A stretch of DNA of 64,000 nucleotides from Camelus ferus (taxonomy: Eukaryota). A model generated the notes under the pieces. The model did not search any database. It was not told the DNA's origin and worked only from the letters and a program-made list of their open reading frames with translations. A program made the translations under genes and the position numbers. The stretch lies in the NCBI RefSeq assembly GCF_009834535.1, contig NC_045698.1, positions 16,184,001 through 16,248,000 on the forward strand, written 5' to 3'. How positions within the stretch are numbered: position 1 is the first letter of the stretch; the number at the start of each line of letters is the position of its first letter. Positions 54,532 through 64,000 of this stretch are shown piece by piece.

Positions 54532-54885
54532 TGTTGAGAGCTTCTAAGCCTCATCCCTGTCTGCCCCACACCTGGAAAAGCTGATAAGAAAGCTCAGATG
54601 CTCCCTTAGCATTAGATGGAAATTCAAAGCACACAAGATAAACCACACTCCGGCCACAGTTCTTGACCACCATAAAAGATCCATGCCTGTCTCATTCCTC
54701 TGCTCTCTCATACCAGGTTGGAGATGCTTGGGAGTCTCCCAGCTCTCCCCAGAAAGTCTTTTAATGTGAGTGATAAATCTCCAACCCCCTTGTGGTGTGT
54801 GTGAGTGTGTGGTGTCATTGGTCTTAACCATCCAAATCAAATTTTGGGTGGAAGTCTATAGCTACTGTAGGGTTACTACCCAATA
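54532..54885 (+). mobile_element. ERVL solo LTR (MER54/MER73/MER74-like)
   Basis: ccccacacctggaaaagctgataagaaagc...ccataaaa...gtgtgtggtgtcatt...aaattttgggtgg. Confidence 0.65.
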
Positions 54886-55309
54886 GCAGAGTATTTATTT
54901 GGCAAATGCTTTTGATAAGACATAAATCTTATGATTTTTTGAGAGTTATTCAAGTTATTATCAGTCCTTATGTTTTCTGTTTACAGAAAAAATAACCGAG
55001 CAATCTTTTAAGTTTTTATTTAAATAGAAATGAAAGAATTGCTTGCATATTCTGAACAATTAAGAAATGTATTCAAGCATAGAAAAGTAAAAGTGTGTAT
55101 CTCTAAATTTTGAGGTTTATATGACTTGATTTAAATTCATCCTACTTCAGAAAGATTTAGTTTTTTGTTTTGGATATTCAGATGACAGTAATCAGGGAAA
55201 CAAAGTAACTATAGTAAAGACTGAGAAATATTTTATAAATTCTACATTTGAATTTGGACACATATTTTCCTCTGTGCAATATTTTTTCTCTACACATATA
55301 TTAATAATG

Positions 55310-55720
55310 CTCCAAAGTTTGTTCCCCAAACCTAGTTTTCTTTTGTAGAATAGAAGACAAAGCTGTGTGTGTATGAGAGAGGGAGAAAGAGAGAAAGGAA
55401 AGAGAGAGAAGAGAAGAACAGAGAAAAAAGCAGAGAGAAATCCAATTTATAGGGCAGGATAGCAGACTGAAACCTTAGGTTAGATTTGATGTTACAGTCT
55501 TGAGATAGAATTTCTTCTTCGTGAAACCTATTTTTCTAAAGACTTTCAACTCAACTGGATAAGGGCCACACACATTATCAAGGGTAATCTTCTTAACTTA
55601 AATCAACTGATTACAGATGTTAACTACATTCACAAAATGCCTTCACAGAAAAAATAAGATTTATGATTGATTAAACAATTGGGTATTATAGCCTAACCAA
55701 GTTGACACATGAAACTCACA
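55310..55720 (-). mobile_element. MLT2 solo LTR
   Basis: cacacattatcaagggtaatct...ccttcacag...tatagcctaaccaagttgacacat. Confidence 0.75.
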
Positions 55721-55829
55721 GATATAATAAAATTAAACACTATCATAATCGTGAAATTGCATATAGACTATTGTATAAACCACTGAAATTTAACTTGTGG
55801 CAAAGTAAGTGTGGTTTCTTTCTATCTTG

Positions 55830-56450
55830 TTCTTTTTTTTACAATACAGACATAAAAAGGTCACCTAGAAGCAGTTAGAACTATCAAGTATGGGCAGGAA
55901 TATGAAGCAGTATGCTGTACACTGCTGAGGGGGATGAAAAATGCTGTAACAACTTGGAAATACAATTTCAGATTATCTGACACATTTTAAAATGTACAAA
56001 CCCATGAAGTAACAATGTCCATTCCTAGACAATCTTTGCACTGTTCCACTAGCATTACATTAATAGAACAAAAGGAAATATATCAAATATAAATTGATGG
56101 AACAGCAGGTAAATGAAATAATATTTATATAATAATGTACTACACCATATGAAATTGAATGTACTATAGCTTTATGCACCAATGCAGTTGCCCTCATAAT
56201 TATATTACTTTGCAGAATGATTCCATTTACACAAAAATGTATTGAAGGTTACATAATGTAACTTAAGAATGAAATAAACACCAAAGGAGATTATTTAAAA
56301 ATCCAAATATTAACTACATCTACAGGAGAGAAGCTAGAATGCAATGAGAAATGGCATGACAAAAGTTTAAATAGTTTTGTTGAATTTCTATCTTTAACAT
56401 GTCTTTTTCACATATGGTTGGTTAATTTGTGAGCATTTTATATGCACTAT
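55830..56450 (+). mobile_element. Ancient L1 (L1ME-like) 3' fragment
   Basis: tacactgctgagggggatgaaaaatgctgtaacaacttggaaatacaattt... Confidence 0.5.
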
Positions 56451-59400
56451 AGATTATTACATCCTTTTGGCAGTTATGTTATAACACATCCAATTAAATA
56501 AATCTCCAATGTAAGAAATAATAATGGAGGAATTTTCTTCCTTGATGCAAATATTTAAATCATAATAGGTGAAAAATTCTGTTTCACTGTGTATCCATAA
56601 TACGATTTCAAATAACTGAATTAGATAAAAGACTCCATACAATTGTTTGGAGTGCTTCACATTATCTACATGAAGAGTTCACTTATATAAGAATTAATTA
56701 CGTTCATGCTATCTACTCTATGCGTTTCCCTGTTCAATACTGAACAGTCTAGTAAACACAATACAGCCATTTAAAGCAGAGGTAAACGATACTTTAGAGA
56801 TTAAACTGTCTGCTTACAAACTACCTTATTACATGCTATAATGGATTCAAATCATGCTTGATGAGTAAGAAAGGTGAATGATATCCTTATGATTCTTCTA
56901 CAGAGGTTTTAAAAGGCTCACTTTGTTGAACATTAAAAAATAGAGTTAAGTGAGATTTTAATGGACTTACTTTAAAAGCAAGAGGCTTGTGTTAGAATAT
57001 ATATATTTTATTATTACATGTAACAGAACTAGGAATAAAGAGAACAGCCTGTAATTTAGTTACTTTGTTATAAATATCATAAACTTCTGTAGATATACTA
57101 ACATGCAGATCTTCACAAATATTCAACTCCTGGTTGAGACAAATAAGGAATGCATTAGCTTTGCCAATTTGCTTGAAGCAAGTAGTTGCACTAAGAAATA
57201 AAAGACCAAAAATGTCTGAACAATAATGTAGGATAATTTCTTCCAATCCATCTGATGGCAACAAAACTGTGTTTAAAAAAAAAAATCTGAGGAACATACA
57301 GTGGTGTCATTTAGTTTTTGAGACTGAATTAACCTTAATTTGAAGTACAGCTATTTAAATATATTTAGGAAATTTGAACATTTTATACCTGAAGGCATAT
57401 AAGTTGTCAGTTACTTTTTTTGAGGAGGCTGCTACAAGTTTACCTTTTTCTGTTACAGGAGTCAGTTATGTGACCCCAGACACAAGGATATTTTGACTTC
57501 TGAGTATGGAATAATTCTGTGTTTATTCTCTGTCAAGCCTAACCATGTCCTCCAACGTAAAAATGTACAATAACGGGATCTTACAAAGGACACATTCTAG
57601 AAAGAAATATATGTAATGAGTAATATTCACATCCCTTGAATAAAATAATTTAAATAAATGTGTGTATATAGATACATATTTTAGAAAAACTACATATTCA
57701 TGAATTCTGTGCTAAACCTACATAAAACATTAAGCAAAGTTGGATACAGGAAGACTGATGTGGATAAAAATACTAATATTTAAAAGAAAAAACTAAAAAA
57801 AAAAAAAAATGATTTATTCAGCAAACCAAAGTTTAGAATCCATGGCTCTACTCTGATCAAAAGAAAATGCTACAGGGAATTACTTGCTTAAAAACTGCAG
57901 AAGGTAAACCCTGTTCTTTGAGAGAGATTGATTCTGACATTTGAGAAAATACAAGTTTTTTTTTTTTTTTAACAGCTGAAAATATGCTTTCAGAGATTTT
58001 AATTACTTAGCATCTTTTAACAGAATAGTGACCAAAAATATTTCTATAAAATTACCAATGACATATCTACTCATAAAGATGTTAGATGTTAAAATGATCT
58101 GAGAAAAATTTATCAAGGTAAACATGCCAGTTTGAGAGCACAACGAATAATTCTCTTACTTTAAACTTTATACTGTTATATGTTGTTTTGGTATAAAACT
58201 CACATTGAAAAAAAACGAATGAATATCCATATTGCTTATAGTGGATATTTCAAAACACTATATAGATCATGCTCCTGTATCTTTAACTGATGAATCAGTG
58301 AGGTTTGTATTTCCTAAATCATGAGCTTTCATTTACTCAGTGACAGCAGGAGGCCAACAAAATGCTGAAACCCAAAGGGAAATATAAAAGCTCTGGACAA
58401 GCTCTGAACTTTAGTGATGAGAAATATTTCTGATAATCATTTTAGTATCTTTTTCTGAGTAAATATTTAAGCACACCCAAAAGTTAACACATTACTAATT
58501 CCTGAGTATGCATAGTTAAATAATACACAATCCTAGACATCAAGCAACTTTAGGGCTAAGGTGAAAAACAAATGTGGAAATTTCTCAGTGTCATTGGCAA
58601 TTATTAATATGACTCTGCATTGTGTATTTCTCCAATCTTTTTTTTCTATCTCACATTCCAAGGGACATTCTCACAGTGAACACTAAAGCAGAAACAAAAA
58701 CTCAAAGACCCTCTTCAACCTAGTTGAGAGATAGAGTCATTCTTACTGCAGCAGCATTTTACCTTCTAGAACCTAGAGACGGGGACAAAGAAGACGAGAG
58801 CAATTAAAAACAGAAGTGGCAGATAAATTTGGAGGGTGATAAAGTACAAAAATTAGGAGAAGGAAGAGATTCTTTAGATACAGAGGATAGAAAAGCAGAA
58901 AGGAATGGTCCTGAGATTTCACAGCAATCAATTTGCCATCCAATGTTCTTGGACACTTTGTAAATCCCCATAAACCTACATCCTGGGTCAAAGGTACCCA
59001 GTATGGGTATTGAGAGCAGAAAGGGAAAACACAGGATTCTGACTAGATGAGATCAGAATCAGCAGAGGAGTTTCATTTTGAGCTGGGGGATTGCTGACTA
59101 CACCACTATTGTTACCATGGCATATTACAATCATTTGCTTGGTAATAAAGCAGAGGCATGTGTGAAGAACTCCATTGGAACAAAGGTGGAAGTGATCACT
59201 CTTACCTGACGGGGATGAAGGATGTCAGGCCTGGCCTGAAAAGGGGGGAAATGCTTTCACTGTTTTTATGTAAATTGAGGAATGTGTACTTTAAAGGGAA
59301 CTGCTTCACCCAGGTGTGGGTACTGAGCTATCACATTAGGTAGTACAGGATCCTGGGGTTAGTAGAAGTAAGACTGTCACAAGTTGGAGGCGATTAGAAG

Positions 59401-59819
59401 AGAGAGAAGTTAAGAAAACCCAGACAAGGGGAATTATGTAACAGCCACTTGGATAAGACCAGTGACTTCCACAGAAAGGAAAACTCTGATCTATTGTCAG
59501 GGCTCTCCCTGGTCATACTCAGTGAAAAGATAAGAGGCCAGAGAAGATAGTTGAAGGGATCCATAGAGCTCAGCCTTCTGGAATAGAAAAGGAAGACAAA
59601 GAAAAGTAGAAAGTGGCTCTCAAGAGGCAAACAGAGAGTATCCATCTCAAGCTACCATTTTTGTTGGGCTGGAATTTTAAGAAATAAGTGTCTCAGGTGA
59701 ACTCAGGTTTCACCAGGATAAAAGATAATTTTCTATGGAATAGGGTATATATATTTATGAAGGCATAAAACTATGACATCTTTGTAAATTGCTACATTGT
59801 TAGATGCTGTTAGATAGTA

Positions 59820-60097
59820 GCATAGGGTTTAGATGGAACCCTCATTTTTCGTGACAGGAAAGGCCTAACATTTGGTCACTGAGCCTGAATCCACATGCAC
59901 AGGCAGTAACACCAAACACATCTCCTCTGTGAATGCACATGCCACTGTTCCACTGGGTACTACTGATAAAGGTCAGATTCAAAGACAAGATTATTAAGAA
60001 TTTTGAAATGAGACAGCAGAGCATTAAACCAAGTGCAGGGCCTTTGAAGGGCAGCCCTATGTAACCACACCAGTTGTACACTCTAAAGCTTGCCCAG
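59820..60097 (-). mobile_element. MER45-like hAT-Tip100 DNA transposon remnant
   Basis: Reverse complement contains ggccctgcacttggtttaatgctctgctgtctcatttcaaaattcttaataat, a hallmark MER45 segment. Confidence 0.7.
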
Positions 60098-61006
60098 CCA
60101 GTAGGTGCTAGTGTCTGCTTTGGGCAAGGAAAGTAGTGAGGTCCACAGTGAGTTTCTGTAATCCTAGTAAAACCTCATGTTTGGGAGTGTGAGAAAAGTA
60201 CAGGAAAGAGAAGTCAAAGAACTAGAAGTCTGCCTAAAGTTGAGAAACAGACGCAGAGGGATTAGAGATTTGGGGAGGAAAAAAAACTGGAACAGTTAAA
60301 TAGTTAAAATTTATGGTCAAATAGTAGAATTCAGATGTCACTGTTTCAAAGAGAATGTAGCCATAAGTGAAGTCAGAAATAATTTGTGACTAGAGGGAGT
60401 TGAACAAAACAGAGCGAAGATAACAACTGGCAGTCCATAGACGTGTGTGGCAGAAGAGACCGAGAAAGGGGACTGTGAGGGAAACGTGAGGAGAGGGAAC
60501 TTGAGACAGAGGAGCAGGGCGAGGAGTTACCACCAGGCTCCTGACCTCACCGAGCTGGGAATGTGTTTAGGTGCCCTGAGGAAGATAGTGATTCAGGAGC
60601 CAAATGTTTCTTATAAAGTCAGAAGAAAACCCAGCAAGAATATTAAGATCAAGAGAAAGAGCTCATATCTTAGTGAAAAATAATTTTGTAAATTGTAAAT
60701 GAGTAAACAGAGCTGGTAGGATATGAGGAAAAGAAGCTGTTGGTTCCACAGCCTGGGAGATCCGGGACAGTTATTGGTCTTCATGACAAAGGACAACTAG
60801 CAGTGTTGTAACATGGATAGATTCCAGTTTTTCACTACGGCCAGAAGGTGAAGTGCAAGTATTGTGAGAGAGCTGCATAATTACTGGAGTTTAACAGTAA
60901 CTGTTCTGTCTTGAAACAGCTGACACCTACCTTTTAGAACCTATACTATAAAGAGTTGCTCTTTCTTCCTATGTTTACCACCTTGGAAATGTACCTCTCT
61001 ATCTCC

Positions 61007-61559
61007 ATGGTGGAGAAACACTAAGGTGGTCACCACGGTCTCTGCCTCCTGGTGTTCACATCTTTGGTGATCTCTTCTCTGAAGAAGCTGACTTCCTTTT
61101 AACCAACAGAATACAACCAAGGCAATGGGATCTCATTTCTCTGAAAATGTTACATAAGATTGCAACCCATCTTTCTAAGGAGATTCGCTTTCCCTTGTTG
61201 CTCTTTAGGAAACAAAAAGGCATGTTGGGATGGCCCACGTGGCAAGGTACTGAGAGCAAACTCTGGCCAACTTCTCAACTACAAGACACTGAGGCCCAAA
61301 CACAAAGTTCCCTCTAGAAATTGAATGCTGCTAACAACCACGTGAGCTTAGAATTGGATCCTTCCCCAGCTGAGCCTCAGATGAGACTGAAGCCCCAACC
61401 AGTAACCAAATTGAAGTTTTATTAGACCCTGGAACAGAGGACCCCTCCAAGCCTTGCCCTAACTCCTGAACCACAGAGACTGTGAGACAACACATGTGTG
61501 TTATTTTAAGCTTCTAAACTGGTGGTGATACTGTTAAGGAGCAAAAGACCATAAATTCA
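61007..61559 (+). mobile_element. MaLR solo LTR (MLT1E-like)
   Basis: ctctgcctcctggtgttcac...gaatgctgctaacaaccacgtgagcttagaa...gagcctcagatgagactg...accacagagactgtgagac. Confidence 0.8.
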
Positions 61560-63429
61560 GTGTCAGAATCCCACACTCCCACATTATACATATGTTCGAC
61601 AAAAGCCCTTTTTCCACATTTAAAAAACTGTCTGCAGAGGCCTGAAGTATTGCTTGAGTATTTGTTATTTGGCCATTAAAAATAAAGTTATGCCTTGGAA
61701 TGAAAACATTTTATTCCTTATATAATCTAAGTACATTAAATATTATAAATGTTTGGCCCACAGAAAGTACCAGATGGAGATCTACCCAGAGATCACCCCA
61801 TCAGTCAAGCTGGAATGCCAAAAATAAACATATGTTTTAGCAACACATTGAAATGTTTTGCCTATCTCACCAAGACAATTTAAATCTAAATTGAATTTTC
61901 ATAATAAGTACATATTAAACAGATAAACCATTACTAAGAATTCAGTGCTTGCTATTCCAATCATTTAGAATAAGATAAAGATAAGAAAATTACAGAAAGA
62001 TTCATAGGATTATCAGTATCTCTGCTTTGACATTTACAGGAAAAATTCAGGTGCATTTATTAATTGAGACTTTATTAAACAAATAATTGCTTAACTCAAT
62101 AGATATAAAATCAAGCTAGTCTTAAGGAATAACAACATCAGGAAAATACAAGCTGCAAAAAAGAAAAAATCTAAAGTTCATTTAGTTTTATTCATAGCTA
62201 AGCAAAATCTTTTCAGCAAATATTTGGTTTATTGTGGTTATTGCTGTGATTTAGAGCCTGAGGCTCTCCCCAGATTTTTTTTTCACCTGGTGTACCTACA
62301 GAGATGTAGTGTTTGTTTTGTCTTATTTAAAAACACACTGCTCACAACAATTAGCAGATCATTTAAATACATGAATATAATAAATTTTATGTATAAAAAG
62401 AGGTATTGATATAATGGCAGTTTAGTCTAAAGATAATATAAAAATCTCCTACAAATTATACATGATTTTCTGCCAGACAATTTTAGGAGAGAAAAAAAAA
62501 GTATTATAGAAATAAAATATTAGAAGTGTCAAACATACCAGAAAATATTAACTGCACACCTAACACTTTTGGCATAGAGGAGAGGGCCTGACTTTTGCTT
62601 AGGGAGGAGAACGTGAAAACCAAGCAGAGAAAGGTTGGCATCAGATCCTGAAATAAGTGGGTGAGAATCACATTCAGCTTCACTTTAGCCCGGAGAGACC
62701 AACACAGAACTCTTCGCAAGGTAAGCTGGCTGCACAGTGTCATCTTCTTAATCAGTGGCGAAGTTTGAGAAGAATTAGTAATGCAGAAGTTAAATAGATT
62801 GTTCTTCCTTTCACCACTCTCCTATACCCGAGTGTCAATTATGTAAGAGTTTTCAGCGTAGAAACTAGCGATGCAACAATGAATTTGACTGATGGAGTCT
62901 TTCCCTTTCTGTAAATTGTAATAGAGAGAGGAGATAAAAATTTCAACAAGCATCACAATTAAGAATGATGAAGATTAGAAGACGGAAAAAAAGGAGATCT
63001 ATGAGACAGAATACATGGAGACGTCCTGCTGGAGAGAGAACCTGAATAACCTGTGCCATCAAAGAGCAAAAGGAAATTAGCTGGGTTATAATGTTAGGGA
63101 AGAAGCAAACTATATTCCAGGTTTGGGAGGGTGGGGGAAGATATGCAGATTACAGAAGGGGTTATAGCACTTGAGAACAGTCCTGTATGGCCAGAGCATA
63201 CAGTAGGAAGAAGGCCAATGCTGTAAGTATGAATTCAATGGTTTTAACCTATCTTACCAGAAATCTTCCTTATGGAATAAAATCATCTTCATCTTCAGCA
63301 CCACACTTCCACAAGGTAAATTTCAGTTTTAATTCCTTGCTAACATTACTTGAAAGCTACTGCCTTATATTAAAATTTCCTTCAAGTTGGGAAACTTGAA
63401 TGAAATTGAATGTTACTGCTTTGTGATGG

Positions 63430-63580
63430 GTGGGTGTGTTACCATCTCTAATTAATAGAAGAAGAAATGAAGCCTTAGGGAGGTTCACCAGCCCACCATG
63501 AGGAAGTCATCCTGACAGGATTCAAACTAAGGGCTTGTCCAGACAGCTCATAGGTTTACCTCTGCCTGGACTGCAGAATT
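63430..63580 (-). mobile_element. MIR fragment
   Basis: tagaagaagaaatgaagccttagggaggtt...caggattcaaactaagg. Confidence 0.55.
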
Positions 63581-64000
63581 CCTTTCTGAAATCTTTATTA
63601 CAGCTAGATTTCTTAGGTGCAGAGAGCTCGCCTCGTCAGTGAGGCTGAAAAGGCAGATGGGAATATTTAACAAATAGTCCAAGAAAGATCAATTTGTCAG
63701 TTTTGACATGAACCAGGAGCAAAGCATCTACGTTTCTTGGACGATTAAGTCAATATAGCTACTATGGTGTAAGACCGTCTCCCTGCTTCCAAGCAAAACA
63801 GGTAAATTAACATACTCATTTTTCAGACATTTTAAGCATTGATTAGATGTGGCTCAAGACAATAACCTGACACAGTTTTAGCTAATACAGCTACAGCAGA
63901 GCCTTCTTCAGCCTGAGTCCCTGAGTAGACTCATTCAGCGCCACCCGACCCACAGTTGGAGTCAACGGTAAGTTTCTATCCTGTCAATCCATGGATATCT

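Noticed and set aside
1..64000. CRISPR array, operon, NUMT, intact provirus or other novel multi-gene system
   Set aside because: I saw no repeat-spacer array, long ORF, recognisable mitochondrial sequence or paired LTRs with internal gag/pol; the DNA is ordinary repeat-rich mammalian non-coding sequence.

Overview
AT-rich, CpG-depleted mammalian nuclear DNA, most likely from a camelid (alpaca/camel). The evidence is a Vic-1-type tRNA-derived SINE at 26.6 kb and camelid/cetartiodactyl-type L1 3' ends. I find no supportable protein-coding gene, intact RNA gene or CRISPR array. The ORF track is short chance ORFs plus L1 ORF2 C-terminal remnants. The window looks like intergenic DNA or part of a large intron. 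It is full of interspersed repeats: MIR, L2, L3/CR1, old and young L1, MaLR/ERVL/ERV1 solo LTRs and hAT MITEs. Family names come from my recall of consensus sequences, not from a search, so subfamily calls and boundaries are approximate. I see no evidence for a novel biological system. The best observations are a tailless tRNA-Gly(GCC) 5'-half retrocopy with target-site duplications (8.7 kb) and a CpG-retaining, TGACAG/TAAT-rich candidate enhancer with a 21-bp palindrome (14.5-14.9 kb). Also notable are three unusual L1 insertions: one with a target deletion, one with a chimeric 3' end and one with a possible short 3' transduction.
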